DNA of 64,000 nucleotides, taken from Trichoplax adhaerens. Taxonomy: Eukaryota; Animalia; Placozoa. The stretch's first letter is position 1. Every line of letters begins with the position of its first letter. The notes under the pieces are model-generated. The model was not told the DNA's origin. It did not search any database and was given only the letters and a program-made list of their open reading frames with translations. Made by a program: the position numbers and the translations under genes. Location of the stretch: the NCBI RefSeq assembly GCF_000150275.1, contig NW_002060943.1, forward strand, positions 8,130,066 through 8,194,065, in the 5' to 3' direction. This document shows positions 37,500 to 50,765 of this stretch, piece after piece.

Positions 37500-38469
37500 A
37501 GTCTGCTACTACAGTATTTTTCATTAGCAGGAAAAAATAGGTCAATGCTCGTATACATTTAAGAAATAAAATATCCACTTTCTTTTTAAAAACCAAGATG
37601 TAACTTTAAAGTTGCATTAATTACATGATTCTATAAATTGTTGCAGCAATAAGTCGTAGGTTTTCCCCTTACTATTACACTACTTGAGATGCCTTTGGAC
37701 TGCACTTATCGTCAGGCACTGTACTGTACTGTACAGAAATCGAATTACAGTCTAAATAAATCTACTGATCGCTGCGGTCAGTCAAAAACTGCTTAGTATA
37801 ATATAATATAATATCATTTCTTCTTCCATCACTAAGATTGAAATTGAATTACAATTGAATTACATGATGCTATATACAGATTAGTCATGATCATAGTCTA
37901 GCTAGGACTGTTATACCGCCAATGATTTCGCTAACCATTGATTATAATTCATTGATAATCATATATAATTAATAATAATATAATCAATACATTAAAATTG
38001 AAAAGTTAACTGTAGTGCAGTATCTGTCAGCGAAGCGATAGGGACGTTGATTAAAATAGTTATAACTAATTAATGGCGATACATTGCAGAGTACTCCGTA
38101 TGGGTTGAGCGATTAAACTTCAAGGCAATACTTGGGTATATTGGCACTATATGAATTACTCGAGTGAAATTTGATGTAATATTGAAATATAATAATTTTA
38201 TTCACGACGCATCTATTAGTGGCAGCTGCTAAGTGAATCTTAAAGCACACTAAATTAGAATTCACTATCCATATACTGTACAAGTGAACTGTTCAATCAG
38301 AGCTTATGTATAATATAGACCAAAAATGAAACTTGTAAATGCTGTAGTTGCAATCAAGATTAGGGTGAAAAATCTCCAATTTAATTTCCTATCACTCACT
38401 TGCACTGCACTTTTAGCAGTGCTACCACTACCAGCCAATCACGCCAAGTTTGAATGCACTCGTGACCAT

Positions 38470-38801
38470 TGTACCGTATATTGCACAGTACTGTACAGTA
38501 CACTACTACAGTATACTGTACTATACTGTACTGTACTGTAGTGCAGTACTGTACAGTACTATACACTCTAACTACCAGAGTCTTTGTACAGTGTACAGTT
38601 AAAGTACTGTACAGTACTGTAATGCACGGTCCACGTGCGATACTCATTGCAGTACTCACTCAGCAGTCCTAGTACTGACACTGATACCCATTGCCGTCTG
38701 CTGATGCAGTGAGTCAGTACAGTACAGTACGCTACAGTAGCCTGGGCTAGACTAGTCTACAGTACACTGTACTGTACTGTACTGTACTGTACAGTACTGT
38801 A
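38470..38801. repeat. Palindromic ACTGT/ACAGT arrays upstream of the TBL1-like gene
   Basis: Several GTACTGTACAGTAC palindromes; CAGTACAGTACAGTAC (38715-38730) is the reverse complement of GTACTGTACTGTACTG (38769-38784). Confidence 0.9.
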
Positions 38802-38881
38802 GACGTGTTAATAACAGTTGAAGCCTATGTAGGTGAAGGTCTCTAGTCTCTTGAGAGTCTTCAGTGAAGCGTATCTACTTT

Positions 38882-38898
38882 TGCGCATGCTTACGTCA
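38882..38898 (+). promoter_or_regulatory. Adjacent NRF1-like (TGCGCATGC) and CRE/ATF-like (TTACGTCA) sites
   Basis: TGCGCATGCTTACGTCA lies about 160-170 bp upstream of the TBL1-like ATG. Consensus match only. Confidence 0.5.
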
Positions 38899-39054
38899 AA
38901 GAACAAGCCCGCCATACTTTTTTACCTTTTCGTCCAGTACAAGTCCTGTAGTGATTTCCTTCGTTTCCTTATGGTGGATCGACAAGAAGCTTGAACTCAT
39001 TGGCAAGGTTAACCACTTGAAAAGTCGTCGACAATCAATGATAGACGAAGGAAA

Positions 39055-42000
39055 ATGAATTTTACTAGTGAAGAATTGAATTATTTGATATATCGTTACT
39101 TGCAAGAGTCAGGTTAGCTATTAATTTAGTTGAAGTTATTATGTCATGGTGTTGCCATTTTCATTCCTTGAGTCGAACTGCTTAAAACACTGAGCTATAG
39201 TCTTCACTGAAGTATTGTTCAACATGGTAGACGATGTAGACCCTAGAATACTTTTGACCTGGTTGGAAAAGATAGTCGACATTAGTGCTAGCTAACTTAT
39301 TTCAATGACGAATGATGCAGTACATGTGGAAGAAAAACTATTCTTAAGCAGTAAGACTCACATGTTAGAATCGAACGGGGTTTTGGAAATCACTTTCTAT
39401 TGAATTTTTACTGGACGCTGTCATAGCCGTCTCAGGCATAGGCATAGCAGTGTTTATTAGTTAAGGTATTGGAAAGAACTTGTCAAGACTGTCTACTTTT
39501 ACTGCTAGATCAAAGTAGCAAGTTCTACTTGGCAATAGGCTTATATAATAATGATACTCTATTCAAGTTGGAAGTATTACTAGGCTGTAATGTGTCATGG
39601 CGTGATAGCTTGATCTTAACCTTGTGAACGTATTCTAATATATTGCACTACTTGAAGTAGAATTGTCATTGCTACAAGGAGGTTCGCAAATAGGATTAAC
39701 CTAAAATTGATTGGCCCAGGCATTTACAAATAATCGCATAATATAGGATTAAGACACGAGGACGTTACTATTAGCTCTATTTCTCGGCTGTGAGGAAGAG
39801 TCTTCTTAGACGTAAAATGATACTAGCGGTTACAATGTACACGTATACGCGTAGTCTTGATTTGATTACCCTGCTGCTGGTGCTGTACTGTATTTTATAA
39901 TTGGTCACTACCATATCCGCTTAAATTGCTTTGATTAGTGTTATTGCTGCTTACTATCACAAGAATTACTTACGATGTAATGTTGTACCGGAAAATTCTT
40001 AAATATCAGTATATGGACACACAGTGTAAGATATCTATCGATTTTGATATTTCTGACGCCTGTAAATAGAATTGTTTCATGTGTTTCGGGCTATTACAGA
40101 GAATACAAATAGGCGCAAATTTTTTACAAGATTAAATTAAATTATTGATACGAGTAGTCGCGATAATCTAGTACCATCTACTGACTCTACGGTATTAGGT
40201 TTATTGGGTGAAAAATCTTCCTGGTGTGCATACTGTATTTGTAGAGTTTCTATACAGTAAGTTTGTGAAAAAGACAATATATTTCAATATGGTTTGAACA
40301 ATTTGATTGGTTGCGTCTTTATTGGAGTTCAAACAGTGTCATACCCTTACTAGTATCAATTGAATACTGTTAATGAATAATACGAACGATTCACGTAGAA
40401 ATATCAATCAGAGACGTAGACGTGCTTACGTAAAATAAGATGTAGCAGTTCTACTTTGACGTAGATATAGTTGTAGGAGGTTACTATGAAGCTATACAAT
40501 AAATACTAACCGTGTATACTATCTATTTATAGCGATGCTAAACCTTTCTCGAAGTGATCACGTAAAGAAATTAACGACAGATATTGACGTTGTGTTATTT
40601 CGTAAAAGTAGATTTGTTAATTTGACGTATGGTGTACACGTAATGTGACAAATTTTATTTCCGTATACTCGGATGCAATGCTCAATATTTGATGATATTA
40701 CAACAGTATTGAAATGACAAATAAATCAATCGTAATTATAATACGACGTACAGATGGCCATGCACTGTAATAGATGTGGAAGTGCTGCTCTTAAAAGTGT
40801 GCATGTTCTTATTTAGCCTTGATTTTAATCGTCGCAAAGGCAACTCTACATATTACTGTAGTTACAAGTCTCCATGTGCATTTGTACTTATAAATATTTG
40901 TCTCCATATGTCTTGATACAGGATTTCATCACTCATGTTATACCTTTGGAATAGAAAGTCACATTCACCGCTCGAATATTAATGGTTCTAGTGTACCTCC
41001 TGGTGCTTTAATATCCATGGTACAGAAAGGCATGTTGTATTACTATGTCGACATGACTTTAAAAGATGAGGTAAGGGCTTCGTAAAACATTTCTATTGAA
41101 GAAATGTCCCTTTTATTATTTCTTAGCTACTCTAATTTTCATTTTCTGTTAGCTAAGATATTCATGGTTTTATGTATGTTCAGTAAGCAAATATCTTCTA
41201 TTACGATTGATTATAAACCTTATTTTAGCGTTGTTAAAATTGCGATGCCCAATCGCCTCATATTATCCAGTAACGTATTTATAGTAAACCCTGATAAATG
41301 CGTTGATGTAATTTATGCATATGGAGGTCTAAAATGGAGTTAGCAATTTAATTAGACAAGAGTACATGAATTGATAATGACAAGATGATGAGCTCTAAAT
41401 GCTAAGGCTGTTTCGCATTGTGAAACATATTGCACTTGTGCTGTTATAATGTCATCGTACAGCAGTACCATAGTGAATCCCTTGGACCGTGCTAGCGTAA
41501 ACTGAACACCGAAACGTAGTACTGAATGAGCGATAATTTTTTAACGTTATATTGGTATGAAGTATTTTGCTTAGCTTGGAAATTAGATCGACTCATATCA
41601 CATGACAAATTCGACAGCCAACTTCATTTGTATCCACGTTTGACTAGTAAATACATTTAATATAATAATTGTGATGGCTGGTAATATAGTACGTAGGAGT
41701 ACGGTAAATATAAGTTATAGACGCTTTATCTTTGAAATAGTGATATTTTTACTGTACAGTAGATTAAGTTTTGAAGTTGTCACTATACGCGTATGTAGTA
41801 TTTACAGTAGAGTATACCTTCTCTTTTTATAAGTGGACGCGCTCTTTTTCTTTCCCTGGATAACGCTAGCGCTGTCCTTGATACGAAATTTTGGTTCAAT
41901 TTTTTTGAAATGTGAGCGTAGATTGGAGTGACTGTAAGTGCCGTAGTGTTTATTAATATAATTACATCTTTTCTTGAAAAACTTGAATAGCGGGCCGATT

Positions 42001-45000
42001 TTGTTGATTGTCATAAGAAGTTTGTGATGCGACGCATACGCATAATAATCCCAAATAACGCTAGTGCTGCTTACTTGACAAATCCGCGTTAGCAGACACT
42101 GGAAACTACCGTAATTAATCAGGGATATCGGATATGATTTTCCTTTCTCTTCTGATTATCTAATGATAGACTTGTTAATGGATTCGGTATTCCGTATCCT
42201 TTGATTTTAGTATTTAGGCCCTTACGCAATGGGGTTATTAATGGTTCTAATACTGTTTGATAATGATAGTAACTTACATTCTTTAAAAGATTTTTAGTCT
42301 TTAACGTTAGGCCCGGAACAAAACGATGGCAATGTTGTATAGCTATGAAGTTTCAGTGATTGAGTAGCCTTCTATTATAATTGCGCCATTAGAAATTAAA
42401 GACATTCGTCAGTAGATATTACAGTGTAACTGTGAATATAACTAATTACCACATGAAGTAGTACATTTTGATGACGTTTGATTCCATTATGAATGCAGAG
42501 TTTAATCTGCTATGACTTTGTTATCCAAATTGGGTCAAAATTCTAAATCGTCGATTCTGAAAATTACAGTATTATATTAAGATAATTTCGTTTCATCGTT
42601 GGGAAACTATGTAATTTTATATCATAATTTATTACCATTGAAAGACTGTCAGAATTCTACTACTGTACAATAATATTATTGTAATTACAATTAATGGTAA
42701 AATATTCTTATTGTGCCTCATTATTCTAAATATGCGCCACTCGTTGCAGCTAACATTAGCAGTTAAAATTTAAATATTATCAATATTTCCGTATTATGGT
42801 TGATTGTAATGAATAACTGTTGCAAAAATTTTACAGTATTTTGACGTTACTCATAGGGTGGTGCACAACGCAATCGAGGTGTTTGCACATTATTACAGTC
42901 TTGTGGTTATATTTGATACTCATATGTGGGCTGTATTATTTACGATTACGTCTAATTACTTTTCTCTGATACTTTGCTTGCTACCTGAAATTGCTTAGTT
43001 TTACTTGCACATACAGTAAAAAATACGTCCTGGTATAAGTAATAATTTGCTATAAGAAAAATTAAATATGTTTTATTTTTTTTCTATTACAGAAAAATGG
43101 AGAGAACCAAAATAATCATAATAATTTAGAGAATATTTCACTAATAGATTCGATTGGAAAAATGTCTGAATTATCATCTGGCAATCTTAGTTATGGTGTA
43201 GCAACAAATGCAAAAAATGATCAGCAATTAACACCAGATAGCCAAAAAAAGCTTACAAAAGATAGTAAACGTGAAGGTATTATGTGATCGTATAAAGATA
43301 ATGTTTTAACAAGTCATACTTAACGCAATTCTTGAATTTTTGTCATGAACTTACGATTTATGTGTAAAGTCCAGTATCATGGCATACACTCATATTACTT
43401 TTTATCTATTTTCTCATTTAACTGTTCGTGCGTATTAGAAAATTCTGACCAAAGGAGATCCTCCGAATCTGATGTCCATTCAAATAGTATACACAATTCC
43501 GAGGTATCTTTTATTTACCTTATTGAAGTTATCGTAAAATGACTGTTTAAGCACGTATGAACTTTAACGCCTTTATAGTTATAGATGTATTAATTAATAA
43601 CGGTAATCTCAACCGCAGTTGCCTGACATACCGTTTTTATAATGTAGATATTCGCAATAAAATGGCACCCAAATAAAGAGTTAATAGCTACTGGGTAAGA
43701 CATTTTATGATCTGCCTTAGTACTGAGGATGTACGCTATTCCACTTTATTACCGTCATCGTCTAAAATCTTATGTTATTACTGATGTATATACATAGATC
43801 GTCTGATGGGACTGCAAAGATATCACAACCGAATGAGGTCGAAGCAACGGTACTTGAACATTACCCGAATGAAATCGACAAAAGGCAACCTGAAGCTAGT
43901 AATGGCAATTGTGGTATTTCTGATCGCTATGCTGTAACTTCGATTGTTTGGAAGGTATGTAACCCTAGTAAATGCCATCGGTATAATAATAGACGTAACA
44001 ACTGTTAACGTCAAAATGGAAATATTCTTATATATAGCCGGATGGTTCCCAGTTACTAACTGCTTGTGCAGATGGTAAAGGAAGAATTTGGCAGTTGGAT
44101 GGTAAATTGATCGCTGAAACTTATCTAAGTTTACTTTACATGATGACTTTATAACCGAGAGTGTACTTTCTTATATATAGGTAAGCTAGTGGCGACGCTA
44201 AGTAATCACACAGCGCCGATTTTTGTTTGTCGGTGGAATATTGATGGTAGTTTAATTGCGATGGGAAGTGCCGATATGGTACGTGTAATATGAATAAGTA
44301 AAGTTAAGATTTCGTAGACTGTTTACTATTTCTTATTAAAACTGTAAATGGTAATGAAGCAACTTGAATTTGTGTAGCGTGTTACAATTTGGGATTCTTC
44401 AAGTTATGAAATGAAGCAATGCTGTGATCATCATAAAGGTAAACCATTACTACTGTAGACTATTACAATTTATTAATTAATCAGAACTTAGTATTACGAA
44501 CGCTTATGTTATGCGGGTATAATGCAGGACCAGTAACGGATATTGATTGGCAAAATGTATCGATATTTGCAACTTGTTCTACGGATCGTTCTGTAGCTGT
44601 ATGTGAAGTTGGATCTGAGAAGCCGATAAAGTCATACGAAGGACATACGGTATAATTATTAGTTCTGTAAATTACTGAACAAAGTTAGCTAATTTCTAAT
44701 TGTATTCTGAAATAGAGCGAAATCAACGTTGTTCGATGGGACCCATCATCAAATTTACTTGCATCTGGATCTGACGATTGTACAGTGAAGGTACCAGGAA
44801 TTTCATTTATTGGTAGAACTATTTTGATACCGTTTTATAAAAATCTGTGATTTATGTAATAAGGTTTGGAATTTAAAGCAAGATAAGTGTGTCCACGATT
44901 TCCGTGGTCATGTCAGAAATATTTACGCTATTAAATGGTGTCCAGTTAAGAGAGTGGTGTCGTGTAGTTGCCTTGCAAGGTATGTTCAAAACAACAGATA

Positions 45001-45507
45001 AATGGTAGAATGTTACTAAGTAGTTTTCAGAAGCACTGGTATGATGTTGGTCTATTTAATTATTAGTGCATCAGCCGATCGAACTATTCGAATATGGGAT
45101 GTGGATCGTGGTATTTGCTTATATACATTGAATCGTCATCAGAGCCCTGTCTATTCTTTAGCCTTCAACTCCGATGGTAGACTATTGGCAAGTGGTTCAT
45201 ACGACACAGCTGTCAATATATGGTCGTTAGAAGTCAGTAACATTTATTTTTAGCTTGTACCTGCAATATAAATGTGTTTATAGAGATTATTATATTGTCT
45301 AGAACGGACTTCTCGTTCGGACGGTGATGATAGATGGACCGGTTTCAGATATTGATTGGCATAAAGATAATAGAATTGTTGCAGTTAGTGGCAATGGCTC
45401 GGTAAGAATCGCGTGTCTTTTTATCTAAAGTATCGAATTTAGGTGTAGACTGACTGTTTTCTTTTTTTTTACAGTCGTACGTTATTGACATGAGAAAGAA
45501 TTATTAA
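39055..45507 (+). CDS. TBL1XR1: TBL1/TBL1XR1/Ebi-like LisH + WD40 co-repressor subunit, about 15 exons
   Basis: Exons 1-2 (39055-39112, 40922-41070) encode [32 protein letters not shown]...[12 protein letters not shown] (LisH). WD40 exons from 43648 to 45507 include [30 protein letters not shown] and [23 protein letters not shown], ending VIDMRKNY stop. Confidence 0.9.
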
Positions 45508-46082
45508 TGAAAGTACTTTATAGTGAAAATGGCGTATGGATCAGTACCAGTTCATTTTATATAAATTATTTGCTCTGTATTGTAACAGTACTGTATATAT
45601 TTCTAAATTTGTAGCGAAAAATATCAAAAGTATACAATTCGTATTGTTTGCCTTATTTCGAGTTTTAATGTATGCTCTATTTTTTTAAATCTCACTAATG
45701 TACTTTATTGTAATGGATTGAATTATAGATTGATTCAATCGTAGACATAGAAAGTTTAAATTAGGATTAAATCGTACGAAACATACTGCTCTGTAAGTGT
45801 GTCTTCTATGCGATAGTGTAGTTTTTTGTAGGTAACATCTCGAGTATATTTGACGTTATCCCAACTCTCATTACACTGTACAGTATGTGGCACAGGGGTT
45901 TACTTCTTTAATGTAATTTCGAATATTGTACACCTTTTCGACCTGCAAAGGTTATCACGGTACTTTGCAGTTGTTTTCTTTCTAATAAAAGCTTTTTATT
46001 CGTCAGGTTCAATGTCTTGTTTTGGTAAAAGTAATTAAAAATGTAAATATTATAATCGTTAAACTTGTGGCATAAGACGGTA

Positions 46083-49000
46083 TCAAACAGTTGATTCTTT
46101 CAGATTTGTTAGAGTATTTGCATATTGAAAATCATGATTTTGCTCATATTCGCACATATCCAAAGCAACAATGCAGCTTTCCTAAATGAAAAAATGAGTC
46201 GCTGTAATTGGCATAGTTACGTAAGTCGTTAGAAATATAAATATCTTAAGGAAGAGTAAACTTACTCGAACTAGGGGTTCACTATCGGAAATATACTTTC
46301 GTAACAATTCAAAGCATGCTTCCTGTCCGATATTCGTTTATAATAATGATAACATCAATGATTAATAACACGGTCATTTCTGCAAAAGATATAAAAAGGT
46401 ACTAGTCTTGGATACCGTAGCGATAGAACCGAGAGCCTCAGCACATTCATGACGAACCATTGCATGTTCTGTTGAATCTTGTAAATGCTACAACAGTATT
46501 CATAGAGTATAGGGAAAGCTTTAAATTATTTCGTCAGATAGCAACTAATAACTGCTTTATATACCTTAGTTAAGCTTTCTACTGCAGCTTGATGTTGCAT
46601 CTGGCCCAAGACATATGCTAGAACACATGGTGCATCAGGTTCGGCCATGGGAGATGTAACATAATGGAATTATTATCGAATAGATATTTAAATAGTCAGG
46701 ATTATATTGTCATAAATATTGAAGAACCGCATTTGGAGTTAGTGCTCCACTAATCCTAAATTAAAAGCAGTTTACCAATTTCATGCTTAATGAGAGCGCC
46801 TTCTACATCTAATGCTGCTGCCAAAGCCTGTAAATATATTTTACGAATATTTTTATGACAGCAAATTCCAATAAAATGAATAATGATCTGACGAAGATAC
46901 AATATAATACTAACTTTAACTGATTTATCGGTGGCCATATTACGTAAAGAAAACATTGCTCTATAAAATAGGTAGAGTACGTGAGAGCTATGAATGATAT
47001 GTATTAGTAGTAAAAATTTGTGTAATACGAAAGATAATGACGTATTTAGGTCGCAATTACTGTACCTGTATCGGTTAAATAAGTCCTCATCAGCATTCGT
47101 TAGAATAGAGTAGAGCTTACTAACGTTATCCTCCTTACAAGGCGGGGCAGGGTCGATTGAGTTAAATGGATTATTGCTTTACACAATGATACAACAGCAT
47201 AAATTAATGGTTATAAAGAAGCTGAAGTAAATATGAGCAAAACGTGATGATATCATTTACTAGATTGCGCATATACGAAAATATATGGTCACAATATCAA
47301 TTTAATTAATAAGTACTAAATCTTACCTTAAGTTTTCTTTCGCACCATGAGTCTTTAACCATTGAATGCGATTTACTGCAAGATGACAGGTGTCTGCAAT
47401 CTAAATAATGCACATAATTAAGACCAATTATATCCCTATGTACAGTACCAGAATCAATAGATTTATGACTATTCGTAAAAGCGGCTATCCATTGCAGCGA
47501 TCCTTTCACAGCAATAGTTATAATCTAATATGAGACTACCTATTTTAAAATTAGCATCTATTTACTTCTCTAATGGGATGATTGCAATATTTTTGTAATA
47601 ACGATAACAATTCTTCAGAATGTACTCCGATTGCGCCTAATGCCTCTCCTGCCTGTAGTCGCCAGAATATAGTGTCATAACTTTGATTACTCTCTTCTTA
47701 GATTTACTTTAATCATTGATCAGTATTTAACGGAATTTGTAATAATTGCAATACGATATAATCTCGGTTAATTTTTTTCTAACTTCATGGCGGACGATTG
47801 GTTCTTGGTTCTCATCTTCCAGTAAACTATTGGAAGAAAGATAATTTGGTAATTCTGATTTTGTGGCATGGGTGCTATGATTATATTATTGATACAATTG
47901 AATGAGTATAATAAGATACGAAATTCTAAAGTAGCAAATAATCTGTGAATTCTCTAAGTAATCAGGTTAATAAATTAGCTTAGTGTCTAAACTAGATAAA
48001 TTTTGTATAATTACATTATGATGTGTTGACATCTACATTAAACAGCAACTTAGCAATAATCCACTCGCAGACAACGATACCTTAATATAATTTATCCGTA
48101 TGATTAGCTAAATGGCATTAGCTTAATTACTGAAGTACTAGGCAATATTTTTAAACATAGAAACGGAATACTTTAAAAGGATTTCAATCAAGAAATTGGC
48201 GTAGGATTATCTGTGCTTACAAGATTATATTAGGCCTTTTGTTATAACACCTATTCGATATCTTACCTGATTAATACAGGTATTGCATCTTGATCCTAGA
48301 GTAAACCGATATCGAGTAAGGTAAATGTAAGAATAGAAAATTTCAAGCAGTTGTGTTATGTTCTAATATATCTATCACTAATTCTTATTGCTACTGTAAG
48401 TAGCAACTATGAACAGTATGAGAGTATCAGTAAATCATATTGGCTAACTGTAAAATAGCTATATAGTTGAAGGTAATTGAAATTGGAGTACGAATACTTA
48501 ATTTTTAAATTTTACGCAGCGCGATCCTGGACTTTTAAATTAATGAAATTAGCATATCGTATATTAGCGTAGATCACTACCGTATGAGTGAAGCTAGGCT
48601 TATGTTAAATTATACGTACGAGTATATCACAATAAAAGCCTGTGCAGCACTTTCGCTACTATTGTATTGCAGAAATTATAATCTAAGTTACTATTGCAAT
48701 ATCCAGCAACCAGGAATTTCCGAAATAGAAGCTGACTGGTATTCGCTGTCAGCATTAATTAAGAGTATTTTATTCACTTTAATATGAACTACTGTATATG
48801 CTAAAACCGTCCCGAACTTAAAATAAGAAATACTGTGAGAATCAGAAAAAAGTTAAGCAAATGTCTAGCTAGATCTGCATGCTTACATTTCGTGTTAGAA
48901 GAACATTGTATACGTGATTCCACTACTACCAGAATGTCATATAGCCTTTTAAAATAATCAAATAAGCAGTTATTTACCTGCATCTGCCCTAAGCAAAATG

Positions 49001-50065
49001 CACATTCATGTTTTAATAAAGCGGAGGAATCGTTAAAGCCTGTTATAAATAGTGCAAAAATAGATGACGATGAAAGACTAATTGCATAGAAATTTGTGGC
49101 AACTTGTAGCTGAATTACGGCAGGAAGTTGCTAGAGATTGTAAGACTTACAATTGTTAATTTGAGAAATGGCCTTGCTGCCACCGATGTTACGCAGTGTA
49201 AATAGAGCTCGAAAACGGCTTGGTAAATCTCTGTTTATAATTGAGTGTTGGAATAAAAGAAAAGAAAGGTTATCTAAGTTATACTTGCAGCAATCACAAG
49301 CAGAGAGTAAACTGACATTAGTGAATAGAGGATAATCGTGGTATTGCATTTGTCAAAACTAGACTATGTCACTACAAGAGTATTAAGCTATCTCGTAGAT
49401 ACTGTAGTACTGTACTGTTCTAAAGAGGCACGAATTAATTCGTAGCGGAATACCTACGTATAATTAATTATTATTATTATTAAAAGTACACATACACTGT
49501 ATAATCAAATTGCAGTGACGCAAATGATAGGAATAATCCGAATTGCAACAATGGTATACGATACACCAAAATTAGCGATTGGAATACAGTAGCAGTATAG
49601 CATCCATTGCAACCAGACTAGACCACTAAAAGAACCTTAAGTTGTCCCATGGTCATTAAAAAAGTCAGCCATAAGAAGAGTAGATTGGTAACTTTCCAAA
49701 TCAAGCTGTCATAATCCAAATGACAGCAATCGCATACTGTACATGGCGAATGGAGTAAAGTAATAGCACAATACTTGTATCAAACATAATCAGACTAAGC
49801 CTTTACAAGATCCTTGAGCTGTGTCATAGTACTAAAAAGGGCATGCATTAATAGAGGATAACTTGTAAGTTCATAAATGAGCTATCCCACATTAGCATAC
49901 CGATCATTTCATTGCAATTAATATACAGTACTGTATGTACAAAACATGATTAATGAATGAACGAAGCTCATTGAATATCGTTTTGGCTGTAAACTTAGGT
50001 ATTAACCTTTTAGGATCGCATAGTACTCTACCAATTATCGTGATATCTTCCTCTTTGACTTGCAT
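46083..50065 (-). CDS. DOHH: Deoxyhypusine hydroxylase, about 14 exons
   Basis: MQVKEEDITIIGRVLCDPKR|DLPSRFRALFTLRN; all four His-Glu iron motifs (LLKHE, IVRHE, LIKHE, MVRHE); linker SIDPAPP; C-terminal ESCIVALDMCEYEQ..FQYAN. Stop at 46083-46085. Confidence 0.96.
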
Positions 50066-50250
50066 GGTTCTATTTGATAAATTTCTGTTGATTTTAACGT
50101 CTAATTTTGCCAATTGGATAGACTCCAGAGAATTCGAGCAAGACCTTGATCGGAAGCCTCACGCAGCATTTGACCCAGCTAACCTTGATGGAGATTGCGC
50201 ATTGAATCAGTTGTAAAACTAATGTCATCCCTAAAGCATTTTTCTTATAG

Positions 50251-50415
50251 TATACTGTAGTATACAGTATAGGCTAAGCAATACTGTAAGCTATAAAATT
50301 GATGGAAAGGATGATCCTATCCCCTTTCCTTTATTGCGACATTAATTTTACAGTACATCAGACGTACAGTATATTGTACTGCACTGATTATACAAAGTAC
50401 TGTAGTACACAGTAC
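50251..50415. repeat. ACTGT/TACAG cluster in the DOHH/MRPL14 divergent region
   Basis: Hairpin TATACTGTA-gta-TACAGTATA at 50251-50271, plus tacagtac...gtactgtagtacacagtac at 50347-50415. Confidence 0.7.
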
Positions 50416-50765
50416 TTTTCGACGTGGACGTCTGGTCGTCCGGTCGTCCTATTCTAGCATTAGCAATCAGCTTCCAAAGCGTCTCGTGCAGCCATTGCTC
50501 CCTTTACTCTATCTTGGCAATTGCAAGTTTAAAGTCATTATTCATCTCCGAAATAGTAGATAATCTACGTAAATTACTATTTTTCATTACTCTTGGTTGG
50601 CTAAATATACTTGCTGTACTATTAAATCATCTGATTCTAGGTTACCTACGAAAAATTTTCCTCATCTTGCACCTCGTTGTAGAGCTCAAGCTGCAAATAT
50701 TCTCTGCTTTTATCAACACTGCATTTGCTTCTATTGTAAGCTAAGAGTAGTCTATTTTCCACTAA

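Noticed and set aside
38326-38672. Three overlapping ORFs (38326+, 38396-, 38469+) with YCTV/YSTV repeats
   Set aside because: Same artefact of the palindromic pentamer array on both strands.
41385-41525. Possible C/D snoRNA in TBL1 intron 2 (ATGATGA ... CTGA)
   Set aside because: No convincing terminal stem or recognisable rRNA-complementary guide; these boxes arise readily by chance. snoscan would be needed.
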